From Candidatus Poribacteria bacterium (GTDB lineage: Bacteria > Poribacteria > WGA-4E > WGA-3G): DNA of 64,000 bases. The notes under the pieces are model-generated. The model was not told the DNA's origin and made no database searches. It was given only the letters and a program-made list of their open reading frames with translations. Every line of letters begins with the position of its first letter. Positions within the stretch are counted from its first letter, which is position 1. The stretch is taken from the NCBI GenBank assembly GCA_965207855.1, contig OZ242310.1, positions 2,197,881 to 2,261,880 of the forward strand, read 5' to 3'. The translations under genes and the position numbers were made by a program. Of this stretch, positions 40,283 through 50,214 are shown piece by piece.

Positions 40283-41368
40283 CTAAATCTCAGGCACTCG
40301 GACTGCAACCTCTTTTCCGGCTGCGTGTGAGCGGAAGATACCGTCCATAATCACATTCGTGAGTAGGACACCCTCTGGCGGTATCGGCGACGGTGCGTCT
40401 GCTTTGACGGCTTCACGGAATGCCGTCATCTGTGCCTCCCAAACATCGACCTCTGGGAATCCTGAGAGTTGGATCGTGGTCATCCCCTCTGGCGGGTTCG
40501 GCGTTGCTGTCAAACCTTCCGATTCAACCAGTTTCTTAAGGTCACCACTATATTCATCGGCATAGATAGTTGGTCCACCCAAAGAGATACCCATTTCTTT
40601 ACCGAGACAGAAACTCGGACCGAGTGAGTCTTGATGGATTGCCCAAGAGATCTTGAACACCATCACGCTGCCGTCTTCAAATCGCACCCACGCCACACCG
40701 AACTCTTCGACATCCATAATACCGCGGAACCGTGGATCTTGCTGAGAGATATAATCCTCTGTGATAGCGGAAACACGCACCGGTTTCGGATACCCCATCG
40801 CATACAGCGAGTTGTGCATGTTATAGACACCGATGTCAACGATTGCACCGGCACCTGCTGTCTTTTTATAGATGAACGTACGTCCCGGATTCCCACGCCG
40901 TCTGCCGCCTGAAGATTCGGAGTAATAAATGTCACCGAGAAACCCTTCGTCAATGACCTTCTTGGCGAACTGGAGTCTCGAATTGAACGTGCTGTGGAGA
41001 CCGATTTGTAGGATTTTACCCGATGCCTTTGCTGCGCGTGCCATAGCCGTCGCATCTGGGAGTTTGGCTGCCATCGGTTTTTCACAAAAGACATGTTTAC
41101 CGGCGTTCAGTGCTGCGACGGTCGGTCGCCGATGTCCTTGATTGTAAGTACAGACGCTGACTGTATCGATTTCGTCCATCTCCAGCATTTTGTTGTAGCT
41201 TGTGAAGACGTGTTTTTTCGGGACACCCCACTGTTCAGCGGCTTCGCTTGCCTTGCTTTTAATAATATCGCAGACGGCGACGATCTCGAAACCCCCGACT
41301 TTCATGTAAGTTCTCTGGTGTGCGCGTGAAATGCCACCTGTCCCGACAATACCGACTCGAATCGTCAT
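40283..41368 (-). CDS. Gfo/Idh/MocA oxidoreductase
   Basis: 'VGIVGTGGIS..H', 'AGKHVFCEKPMA', 'GAIVDIGVY'. Confidence 0.92.
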   Translation of the reverse strand: MTIRVGIVGTGGISRAHQRTYMKVGGFEIVAVCDIIKSKASEAAEQWGVPKKHVFTSYNKMLEMDEIDTVSVCTYNQGHRRPTVAALNAGKHVFCEKPMAAKLPDATAMARAAKASGKILQIGLHSTFNSRLQFAKKVIDEGFLGDIYYSESSGGRRRGNPGRTFIYKKTAGAGAIVDIGVYNMHNSLYAMGYPKPVRVSAITEDYISQQDPRFRGIMDVEEFGVAWVRFEDGSVMVFKISWAIHQDSLGPSFCLGKEMGISLGGPTIYADEYSGDLKKLVESEGLTATPNPPEGMTTIQLSGFPEVDVWEAQMTAFREAVKADAPSPIPPEGVLLTNVIMDGIFRSHAAGKEVAVRVPEI

Positions 41369-41399
41369 GTTATTCTCTCCTCGTAAGTAGAATTAAACC

Positions 41400-42485
41400 C
41401 TAAATCTCAGGCACTCGGACCGCGACCTCTTTCCCCGCGGCATGCGATCGGAAAATCCCGTCCATAATCACATTTGTGGTCAGGACCCCTTCTGGTGGTA
41501 TTGGCGACGGTGCGTCCGCTTTAACGGCTTCGCGGAACGCGATCATCTGTGCCGCCCAGTTATCTTCCTCTGGGAATCCAGAGAATCGAATGGTCGTCAT
41601 TCCTTCCGGCGGGTCTGGTTCCGCTGTTAAGCCTTCCGATTCAACAAACTTCTTGAGTTCCCCGCTGTATGCATCCGCATAAACAACCGGCCCATTCAAC
41701 GAGAACCCTGCCTTCGTCCCAAGATGGAAGTTGCCACCGAGTGAATCCTGATGCACTGCCCAAGAAATTTTGAACACCATCACACCGCCATTTTCAAACC
41801 GCACCCACGCTGCGCCGAACTCTTCGACATCCATAATACCACGGAATCTCGGATCTTGCTGTGAGATGTAGTCCTCTGTGATAGCAGAGACGCGCACGGG
41901 TTTCGGGTACCCCATCGCATATAGCGAGGCGTGCATATTGTAGACACCGATATCAACGGTTGCCCCCGCGCCCGCCGTCTTTTTGTAAATGAACGTATGT
42001 CCTGGGTTACCGCGTCGCCTGCATCCCGCGGATTCTGAGTAATAGATATCGCCGAATAATCCCGCATCGAACGCCTTTCTTATGAATTGGAGTCTCGGAC
42101 TGAACGTCGGGTTGAGACCGATTTGCAAGATTTTGCCGGATGCTTTTGCTGCGCGGACCATGGCGGTCGCATCCGGTAGCGTCGCTGCCATCGGTTTTTC
42201 ACAGAGGACGTGTTTACCGGCGTTCAGTGCCGCGACGGTGGGTCGGCGGTGTCCTTGATTATACGTGCAGACGCTAACTGCGTCGAGATCGTCCATTTCC
42301 AGCATTTTGTTGTAGCTGGAGAAGGCGTGTTTTCTTGGGACACCCCACTCATCAGCGGCTTGGTTCGCCTTACTTTTGATGATGTCGCAGACAGCAACAA
42401 TCTCGAAACCCCCGACTTTCGTGTAATACTGCTGGTGCGCACGCGAAATACCACCTGTACCAATGATACCGACTCGGACTGTCAT
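41400..42485 (-). CDS. Gfo/Idh/MocA oxidoreductase (tandem paralog)
   Basis: Same motifs and the same 361-aa length as the neighbour when started at ATG 42485. Confidence 0.92.
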   Translation of the reverse strand: MTVRVGIIGTGGISRAHQQYYTKVGGFEIVAVCDIIKSKANQAADEWGVPRKHAFSSYNKMLEMDDLDAVSVCTYNQGHRRPTVAALNAGKHVLCEKPMAATLPDATAMVRAAKASGKILQIGLNPTFSPRLQFIRKAFDAGLFGDIYYSESAGCRRRGNPGHTFIYKKTAGAGATVDIGVYNMHASLYAMGYPKPVRVSAITEDYISQQDPRFRGIMDVEEFGAAWVRFENGGVMVFKISWAVHQDSLGGNFHLGTKAGFSLNGPVVYADAYSGELKKFVESEGLTAEPDPPEGMTTIRFSGFPEEDNWAAQMIAFREAVKADAPSPIPPEGVLTTNVIMDGIFRSHAAGKEVAVRVPEI

Positions 42486-42628
42486 GTTATTGTCCCCCCA
42501 TGAGCAGAATTGAATTGACATAAGAGTTTAGACGAAACGGGTTTGCAATGCAAGCGAAAAATAATCCATCATTTGTATACTTTGTAGGCGCGCCACTTTC
42601 ACTTCTAACGTGCCGACTCTTTCTTCCT

Positions 42629-42718
42629 GTAGGAGCGAGCTGTGCTCGCGACTTTTTTATTTTTCGATTTAAAAACTAATCTTCACCAAAATTGGTAGAC
42701 GAGGTTTCTAACCTCGCC
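42629..42718 (+). repeat. Two GTAG REP-like hairpins
   Basis: GTAGGAGCGAGC-tgt-GCTCGCGA (42629) and GTAGACGAGGTT-tct-AACCTCGCC (42695). Confidence 0.7.
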
Positions 42719-42809
42719 GGTTCTCGGTCCACGATATAAACATTTCCCATTTATGCTTGCTCGTAGGGCATTGATAATTCTATAATCTACTACAACGACC
42801 TTCGGAAAT

Positions 42810-42839
42810 TTGACACTTATTTGTATATTGTGATATACT
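42810..42839 (+). promoter_or_regulatory. Promoter of dndCDE
   Basis: TTGACA-N18-TATACT with TG extended -10; downstream inverted repeat CGACAAAA (42851)/TTTTGTCG (42889). Confidence 0.6.
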
Positions 42840-42911
42840 TTTTGTATCAACGACAAAAGTTAAACGTTGCATTCTGTAAAATTACACATTTTGTCGAAAG
42901 GTATAAAACTT

Positions 42912-44339
42912 ATGGCAGGCTCCCCTTACAGCATTTTCAATTCACGTACCCCTGACGATATCCATCGCGAAATTCAAGAGGTTTATCTTAAAAACGCGCG
43001 CCCGTGGGTCATCGGGTATAGCGGTGGAAAAGATTCAACAACAGCACTCCAACTAATTTGGTATGCCCTCGCTGAATTGCCGCCAGAGCAACGGAAATAT
43101 CCTGTCTACGTGATCTCGTCCGATACGCTCGTTGAGACACCTGTCATTGTGAGCTACATCACCGGAACCTTGGACCGGATCGAAACAGTTGCCCGCGAAC
43201 AAAATATGCCGTTTCAGACCGCGCTCGTCCGTCCAAAGACGGAAGATACCTTTTGGGTAAATCTCATTGGCAAAGGATACCCCGCCCCCTACACTCGCTT
43301 TCGATGGTGCACGGATAGAATGAAAATTCAACCGGCAAACCGGTTTATATTGGAAAAAGTTGCTGAACACGGTGAAGTTATTATGGTTCTCGGGGTTCGC
43401 AAGGGTGAAAGTGCAACACGTGATCAGGTATTAAGTTTACATAGCATTCAGAATTCGTTGCTATTGCGACATAACACATTACCTAATGCCTTTGTTTACG
43501 CGCCTATCGTTGATTTCAGTTTGAACGATGTGTGGTTTTATTTATTGAATGTACCTTCACCATGGAATAACAATAACAAGGAACTTATTACACTTTACCG
43601 AAATTCAAATGCGCAAGGTGAATGCCCGTTGGTGGTTGACGAGACAACCCCATCTTGTGGGAACAGTCGCTTCGGGTGCTGGACCTGTACCGTTGTAACA
43701 AAAGACAAGGCGATGGAAGGACTCATTGATAGCGGAGAAGATTGGATGCTCCCGCTGCTTGAGTTTCGAGACTTTCTTGCTAAAACCCAAGATCCTGAAA
43801 AGAAACCTGAAATCCGCGAACATCGGCGACGGAATGGACAGGTTACGATCATCAATAATAAACTCATTCACGGTCCCTATACACTCAAGTTTTGCAAGAA
43901 ACTCCTGAAGAAACTTCTCAGAACACAACAACAAGTTCGCAAAGCGGGACCTGACCCAGATATCAAACTCATCACGGACGACGAGCTCGAAGAGATACGC
44001 AGGATCTGGCGAACCGAACGTCAAGATTGGGAAGATGCTGTCCCAAAGATTTACGCTAAATTTTTCGGTGCCCGAGATTGGATTGTTGATGACAAGATCT
44101 CCTTTGATGAGAAAGATAAGAAAATCTTGGCAGCAATTTGCAATGAAAAAGGAGTTCCTGTCACTCTTGTTTCAAAGCTCCTTGACACAGAACAACAAAT
44201 GGATGGAATGAGTCGGCGTGCTAAGATACAGTCCCGAATTGATGAAATTTTTCATGAGGATTGGCGTTCAGAAGAAGAAATAAATTCCAGTATAGGCGAT
44301 AGCGGCTCCAGCAATGATTCTCCACAAACTCATCCTTAA
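42912..44339 (+). CDS. dndC: DNA phosphorothioation sulfurtransferase DndC
   Basis: PP-loop 'WVIGYSGGKDS', 'SDTLVETP', 'LIGKGYPAP…FRWCTDRMKI', 'GECPLV…SCGNSRFGCWTCTVV'. Confidence 0.95.
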   Translation: MAGSPYSIFNSRTPDDIHREIQEVYLKNARPWVIGYSGGKDSTTALQLIWYALAELPPEQRKYPVYVISSDTLVETPVIVSYITGTLDRIETVAREQNMPFQTALVRPKTEDTFWVNLIGKGYPAPYTRFRWCTDRMKIQPANRFILEKVAEHGEVIMVLGVRKGESATRDQVLSLHSIQNSLLLRHNTLPNAFVYAPIVDFSLNDVWFYLLNVPSPWNNNNKELITLYRNSNAQGECPLVVDETTPSCGNSRFGCWTCTVVTKDKAMEGLIDSGEDWMLPLLEFRDFLAKTQDPEKKPEIREHRRRNGQVTIINNKLIHGPYTLKFCKKLLKKLLRTQQQVRKAGPDPDIKLITDDELEEIRRIWRTERQDWEDAVPKIYAKFFGARDWIVDDKISFDEKDKKILAAICNEKGVPVTLVSKLLDTEQQMDGMSRRAKIQSRIDEIFHEDWRSEEEINSSIGDSGSSNDSPQTHP

Positions 44340-46323
44340 AAATATAGGCTTATTCAGTGGCACACAAACTATTCACCTCACACCAAAGGATAGCAAATCT
44401 ATAATCCTTATCGGTGGAATGAATGGTGTTGGTAAAACAACGCTGCTGGATGCTGTCCGCCTTTGTCTATATGGTAAACGGGCACTTGGCAATCGAGTGA
44501 GCATCAGCGAGTACCACGACTACCTCTCGGAAATAATTCATCGAAGCCCTACTGGAAATTCATCCATTAACAGTGCCTCGGTGTCACTTGAGTTTGAATA
44601 TGCCCGCGACGGTGAAAAAAAAAGGCACACGGTTGAACGCTCATGGAAACGCCAAAGGGGTGGAAAAACTGTTAAAGATGCCCTTACCACCTATGAAAAT
44701 GATAGGTTAAACACTGAGTTTGAAGCAGAACACTGGCAAGATTACATAAACGAATTGATTCCTATTGGGGTTTCCAAGTTTTTCTTTTTTGATGGTGAGA
44801 ACGTTCGGAAGTTAGTAGATGATTCTGGGCATGATGTTTTTCTTAGAGAGTCGATTAAAACATTGTTTGGACTAAATTTAGTAGAGCGATTGCAATCCGA
44901 TCTGCATATCTACGCAAACCGTTTGATTAAGCGTGACAGTCCGGAATCGGTTCAACAGGAAATTAGTGAGGTAGAATTGGAAATCAAAAACCTCCGAAGC
45001 GAATCTTCAGAGGTTGAACATAAATCTGAAAACACCATAACACAGATCACTGAGTTAGAAAGTGAAATTGAGCAACAAGAGCACCGACTTGCAACCGAAG
45101 GTGGAAATTACGCACAGCAACGCGGAAATTTACAACGACGACAGGAACAACTCCAAACTGATATTGAAGACTTGGAAAACAAAATTCGTACTCGGTGTGA
45201 AGATCTGTTTCCGTTTGCTTTAGCTCCAGAAAACTTGGAGCGGTTAAAAGTCCGTTTTCTTAAAGAACTACAATTAAATGAGTGGGAAGCAAAAAATCGC
45301 GCTTTAAAAGCACACAAGGATCTATTACTTGAGCATCTTCCGTCTGAGGAATTTTGGGCAGGCATCCGTTTGGAATCTGAACAAATTTCAGAAATCCAAA
45401 ACAAGGTTGCTTCGTTGTTAACAAAACAACTTGAATATCCCGAGGAATTGCGTGGCTTCAAAAAAATTCGGGAACGTTCATCTGTTGAGTATGATTGTAT
45501 ATTGGAATGGATTGATATTTGTCTAAATAAGGTGCCGCAAGAATTTAGGGAATTGAACCATGCACTGAAGATTGCTCAATCAGAACTGGAAAAGGTAGAA
45601 AATGCTCTTCAAAAAGTGCCGCCCGAAGATGTGTTAAAACCAATAATTGAGGATCTATCAAATTTAAATAAAAAACTAGGACAACTACAAATACAGGAGC
45701 AAAATGCCAATGAAACGATTCGCTCATTAAAAGCTCGGATAGAAAAATCTGAGCAAAAACGAGATATGTTATATCACACCCAGCAGCAAAGACAAGCACA
45801 TATCAAACGTCCAAAACAAGTAACAGACGTGCAGTCAGTGCTCGCCGAATATACAGTGCAACTCACACAAGCAAAGATGGTTGCACTAAGTGATGCTATT
45901 GTTGAAGGTTTCAACCGGCTCTCACACAAACCAGATCGAATTAAGCGCGTTGAACTTGATCTACAAACTTTTGCTGTAACATTATATGACACGTACAATC
46001 GTTCAATTTCAAAGGACGAATTGTCGGCAGGTGAGCAACAAATTTACACAACTGCCCTCCTATGGGGATTAGCAAGAACCTCCGGTAAACCACTGCCAAT
46101 GATTCTTGATACACCGCTTGGCCGTTTAGATAGCAACCACCGCCAACTCCTTATTGAACACTATTTCCCTTATGCCAGCCACCAAGTCATCCTGCTTTCA
46201 ACCGATACTGAAATTACCGGTCATTTCTTATCTTCGTTAAAACCTCATATCTCGCATACATTCCGCTTAGCGTATCAACAAACTGAGGGGCACACGACAA
46301 TAGAAGAAGGCTATTTTCGGTAG
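44314..46323 (+). CDS. dndD: DNA sulfur modification ATPase DndD
   Basis: 'GGMNGVGKTT..DAVRLCLYG', 'FFFDGE', coiled coil, 'LSAGEQQ', 'ILDTPLGRLDS.HR…YFP.ASHQVILLSTDTEI'. Confidence 0.94.
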   Translation: MILHKLILKNIGLFSGTQTIHLTPKDSKSIILIGGMNGVGKTTLLDAVRLCLYGKRALGNRVSISEYHDYLSEIIHRSPTGNSSINSASVSLEFEYARDGEKKRHTVERSWKRQRGGKTVKDALTTYENDRLNTEFEAEHWQDYINELIPIGVSKFFFFDGENVRKLVDDSGHDVFLRESIKTLFGLNLVERLQSDLHIYANRLIKRDSPESVQQEISEVELEIKNLRSESSEVEHKSENTITQITELESEIEQQEHRLATEGGNYAQQRGNLQRRQEQLQTDIEDLENKIRTRCEDLFPFALAPENLERLKVRFLKELQLNEWEAKNRALKAHKDLLLEHLPSEEFWAGIRLESEQISEIQNKVASLLTKQLEYPEELRGFKKIRERSSVEYDCILEWIDICLNKVPQEFRELNHALKIAQSELEKVENALQKVPPEDVLKPIIEDLSNLNKKLGQLQIQEQNANETIRSLKARIEKSEQKRDMLYHTQQQRQAHIKRPKQVTDVQSVLAEYTVQLTQAKMVALSDAIVEGFNRLSHKPDRIKRVELDLQTFAVTLYDTYNRSISKDELSAGEQQIYTTALLWGLARTSGKPLPMILDTPLGRLDSNHRQLLIEHYFPYASHQVILLSTDTEITGHFLSSLKPHISHTFRLAYQQTEGHTTIEEGYFR

Positions 46324-46329
46324 TGTCCC

Positions 46330-46689
46330 ATGCGCCTAAATCGAATTCACACCTCTGAAGATTCCCGTAATAAACTGAGTATCTTAAAATCGCGTACAGG
46401 ATTATTACCCAACATTCTTTGTAGAATCGGGTTGATGCTCTCCCTTGCAGAACCTACCCAACTTGAAATTGACATAGGTGATAGTGATGGCTCGGAGTTT
46501 CATCGCGACACACTAATGGGAGAGTGGGATCCGCTGATTGTAGCATTATTGGAAGAATGGTGCGTCACCAACGGAATAGGGACGGATAACGACACGCTTC
46601 TCAAATACTTCAGGGCACATCTGAATCGAGGGATCCGTCTGCTTTATGGTCGGGTGAAAGGATTAGAAGATTTAGCAAATCTACTCTGA
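46330..46689 (+). CDS. dndE: DNA sulfur modification protein DndE
   Basis: 'LKSRTGLLPNILCRIGL.LSL', 'FRAHLNRGI'; follows dndD. Confidence 0.9.
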   Translation: MRLNRIHTSEDSRNKLSILKSRTGLLPNILCRIGLMLSLAEPTQLEIDIGDSDGSEFHRDTLMGEWDPLIVALLEEWCVTNGIGTDNDTLLKYFRAHLNRGIRLLYGRVKGLEDLANLL

Positions 46690-46744
46690 TATAGAAGAAA
46701 CTTTTTGGTGCTAGGCCGCACTCATAGTTAAAATGTTGATACCA

Positions 46745-47851
46745 CTACGAGTTCGGACGACGATCTCTCAATTCAATAATTCGTTTTAGATCTTCCTCTA
46801 ATTCCCTCTGAATATCAGGATTTTCAATAATTTCATTAACCCATTGCACTCCATCGTTGACGAGTTTAGTAACTGATTGAATATATTCACTCGTACTTGG
46901 ATCGTCAAGCCGATTCTGAAAGTCTGGAATACGTTCATAAACCGAAACTGTGTGCATGATTTGATACTGTTTGTTTTCTATCCACTTGTCCTTTCGATTA
47001 TACAAATAAGTTGGTCCAGAAGTAACTGTCCATCCCAGAGTGAACAAGGCTTTAGAAATCATATATTTAGGAAGAGCAACAGAAAAAAAATCAGCGAAGT
47101 TTTCATGAACTAATTGATGAACTTGATCGTGTCCATATCGCTTAACAAACGCAAGTTGAAAAGTATTGTTCATACTTATGTTCTCGCTAACTCTGTTTAC
47201 AAGCTGTTGAATTGCGGTTTGATCTGTCAGATCTGGGTCAATATGAGAGGTTAAAAATAATGTGAATCGGTTAGATGGAAGTTCGTTGATTGAAAACCTT
47301 GATGTCGTTTGCCATTCTAAAATTTTAAGAATTGATTCCAGGAGTGGCGTTATTACACCTTTTTTGGGTGGGAACATGACACCAAACACATCAAGATTGA
47401 TAATATCAAAGGGGAAAGCATTGCGTAGGCGATAATGGGCATCTTTGCATCTAAGTTGTTCGCGGATCTCACGCGGGTAAAAACTTTCATCTTCCAGTGT
47501 TTTTCCCATGGTTTCTTCATTATCCTGAAAAAGAACAATATCTTGGAATGTGCCTTGAAAACCTTGTTCTGGTGAACCTATTAAAGTAGCAATTCTTGCA
47601 AAGTTTTCATCATTTTCCTCGCAAAAGTAAACGCCTTCTAATCGCTCTGTTTCTTCTGATCTTTTAAGAATTTCTTCACGCTCCAACATGAAAACATCAA
47701 TTGCTTCTGCTGCGCAGAAGGTAAAATACCTTAAAGGGATTCTGTTTGAGCGTCTTCTAACTGCACGTTTTTGTTGTTTAGCTGCTTTTAACCATCCATT
47801 TCTTCTAACATAATGTTTAAGAGTGTCTGTTTCAAAATTGATATGGCTCAT
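46745..47851 (-). CDS. Hypothetical protein, putative SAM-dependent methyltransferase-like fold
   Basis: 'LRYFTFCAAEAIDV' (motif I-like), 'VYFCE' (acidic motif II-like), 'FPFDIINLD' (motif IV-like); fold is an inference. Confidence 0.5.
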   Translation of the reverse strand: MSHINFETDTLKHYVRRNGWLKAAKQQKRAVRRRSNRIPLRYFTFCAAEAIDVFMLEREEILKRSEETERLEGVYFCEENDENFARIATLIGSPEQGFQGTFQDIVLFQDNEETMGKTLEDESFYPREIREQLRCKDAHYRLRNAFPFDIINLDVFGVMFPPKKGVITPLLESILKILEWQTTSRFSINELPSNRFTLFLTSHIDPDLTDQTAIQQLVNRVSENISMNNTFQLAFVKRYGHDQVHQLVHENFADFFSVALPKYMISKALFTLGWTVTSGPTYLYNRKDKWIENKQYQIMHTVSVYERIPDFQNRLDDPSTSEYIQSVTKLVNDGVQWVNEIIENPDIQRELEEDLKRIIELRDRRPNS

Positions 47852-47873
47852 CTAGATTATGTCCTATGAAAAC

Positions 47874-49460
47874 CTACAGCAAATCTAACTTTACGAAATC
47901 TGATAGTAATTGATAAAATTTTTCCCTGCGTTTTTCCTCTGGGGCTTGCAGGGAAATTTCAAAGGCATATGCAACAAGTTTTGTAACTTCCTGTTTACTT
48001 TTCGGTTTGGGTAGGAATACGCTGTGATTGTTCTCGATTATCGTCTTCTCAGAACTATCTATTTTCAAGGGAAATACTTCTTCCTCGGTAGAGATTCGTT
48101 GATAATTGTTGCCTAATTCGTTATGAATTAAAGATGTGAGAGTCTCTTCTTTTTTCTTTTCTTTATTCTCAAGTTTTTCTTGAGATCGTTTTCTTAGGGT
48201 ACGGTCTGCTTCGGGGAAAATTTTCTTTTTAAGTGCGCTATGAATGATCTCTTTGAGTCTCACGAAGTGCGGATGCAGCTCATTAAAGCTATCCCGATCT
48301 ATATTCAGAGCAAATTCCAAGCCTTCTTCAACATAGATTTCACCGGACACCCAATTGAAACGTGGTGTTGGAACCTTTGGGAACTTAAAGAGCGTTGCAT
48401 CGTAAGTCCCAATAGCAATGTTTCTGATCCTTACAAGCAAGCCTCGAAGTTCCATTGGTTCAACAGCTCGGCTGTTTTGTAAGTATATATAGCCAGATAA
48501 TTTGAGAGGTTGACCATAGACTTCGCCATCTTCGCTAACGAAGAATAACTTACCATTTGTGATTTCCTGTTTTGGTGTTTGTGGGGCACCGAGTGGATAT
48601 TGATGTGGTTTGCGTAATGATAAACCATCAACCACTATCTCAAATTGGTAGGCATTTAACGATTTTTGCAAATGATTTAACCACTCTTGTAGTTCATAAT
48701 TTACCTCAATTTTATTCCAGTCGAAAGCCCTCGCGTACGGAATTGGACATGCCAAGGTCAATTCCCAAACCATTTGCCAATAGTCACTAAGGTTTTTCAC
48801 AGACCTGGAGCGATGAATTTCTTTCAAGAATGCTGAGAATTTAGATGGTAATGGTACGGGATTTTCACCTAAAGTTTCTCGAAACTTCCTAATAAAAGCT
48901 GAACGCATATCCCACGCAATCACACAAGTTCCTGCCTTATCCTGATTATATTCTATCTCTTCGACTATAAATTCGCCAACATCAATGGGATGCTTAGAGA
49001 TTTCATCTGGAGAAACACGGCTTATTTTCTCCCGAAGAAAATCTACCAAGCGTACGCTTGCCCTGAAAGCTGTTTTACTTTCTCTGTGATGTGAGATGAC
49101 TTTGAATTCGTGACAAATTTGTGCGATTCCTAGCATTCCGATGCCTAACCACCCAATTATAGGTCTCTGCAAATTTGTCAAATCATTAACACCTCCATTA
49201 GTAGCGACCCGTTTATTACTATCACCAATCCCTCCGGTCATTATTTTTTTAAAGTCTTTTTTGGCCATACCACAACCATTATCACGGCATGTGATAATGT
49301 CAAAGCTGGGCCAATTCGTGGTAATTTCTACACGGGTCGCATCAGCGTCAAACGCATTGCTAACCAATTCTTTTATTGCGCCAGCCGGACTACGATAGAT
49401 ACCGGCACTAATGTGTCCTAAAATTTTTGAACTAACCCTAATATTTTCCCAATAACTCAT
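47874..49460 (-). CDS. GHKL (prokaryotic MORC/HATPase_c_3-type) ATPase
   Basis: N-box 'AIKELVSNAFDADA', G1 'DNGCGM', G2 'IGWLGIG', 'GT'; S5-like 'VSGEIYV…NIDRDSF'; RBS gaggtg before ATG 49460. Confidence 0.85.
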   Translation of the reverse strand: MSYWENIRVSSKILGHISAGIYRSPAGAIKELVSNAFDADATRVEITTNWPSFDIITCRDNGCGMAKKDFKKIMTGGIGDSNKRVATNGGVNDLTNLQRPIIGWLGIGMLGIAQICHEFKVISHHRESKTAFRASVRLVDFLREKISRVSPDEISKHPIDVGEFIVEEIEYNQDKAGTCVIAWDMRSAFIRKFRETLGENPVPLPSKFSAFLKEIHRSRSVKNLSDYWQMVWELTLACPIPYARAFDWNKIEVNYELQEWLNHLQKSLNAYQFEIVVDGLSLRKPHQYPLGAPQTPKQEITNGKLFFVSEDGEVYGQPLKLSGYIYLQNSRAVEPMELRGLLVRIRNIAIGTYDATLFKFPKVPTPRFNWVSGEIYVEEGLEFALNIDRDSFNELHPHFVRLKEIIHSALKKKIFPEADRTLRKRSQEKLENKEKKKEETLTSLIHNELGNNYQRISTEEEVFPLKIDSSEKTIIENNHSVFLPKPKSKQEVTKLVAYAFEISLQAPEEKRREKFYQLLSDFVKLDLL

Positions 49461-49710
49461 AGAGCACCTCATCTGTTTTGACAACTAAATTACGGCACTT
49501 CTTAAATACAGCATATAGGAGTCTGTGACTAAAGTTAATCGCTTTCTAATGAGAAGATTGTAACACAATTCACGAAAGAAATCAATTTTTCAGGAAAAAA
49601 ATTGATTTGATATTTATTTTCGTGCTCAAGATACCGAATAAGCATCAAGATAGAGAATATGGAGACAGGAAAATGCGATGATTTTTGAAGTGGTGTTCAG
49701 GTAGATGGCT

Positions 49711-50214
49711 CTAAAAAACCGCAGATATCAATCTGTTATACGGAGACCAATTAAAAAGTAAATCCACTAAGTTAGTAATTCTGTCGCCGGGCATATCTTC
49801 AACGTGCTTCTGAATTTCTCTAATTCCACCGTTGGCATATTCTTCAGCAATCGTTAGAATTTGATCCTGATCCGTTAACACTTCAACTTCTTCTGTTTCT
49901 GCAAGTGCTAAAGATCGAAGTAATGGAACATCTTCTTCAGGTGAAAAACGAGCCCATGCGAAAATCATTTCCTTATCTTTTCCAAGCGGAACCCTTTTTT
50001 CCTGGTTGTAACCTATAAAGGTGGCTAACATGAAAATATTTTTCATTGACTCGAAGGGCGATAACTCTTGATGGTTTCCATTCTCTCGCGGTTTCGTTAA
50101 TGCTATATAGGTTGGATGATGAATCTTATCAATACGAATACGATCCCGAGGTTTCCGGGATTGCTGGCTTCTATCTCCGTCGGTGTTTGAAAGCATTATA
50201 TTTTCTCCTACCAA
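49711..50214 (-). CDS. pbeD: PbeD-like / phosphorothioation-associated small protein
   Basis: 'PFESMKNIFMLATFIGY', 'IAEEYANGG'; last gene of the PLD-helicase/small/ATPase operon. Confidence 0.65.
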   Translation of the reverse strand: MVGENIMLSNTDGDRSQQSRKPRDRIRIDKIHHPTYIALTKPRENGNHQELSPFESMKNIFMLATFIGYNQEKRVPLGKDKEMIFAWARFSPEEDVPLLRSLALAETEEVEVLTDQDQILTIAEEYANGGIREIQKHVEDMPGDRITNLVDLLFNWSPYNRLISAVF

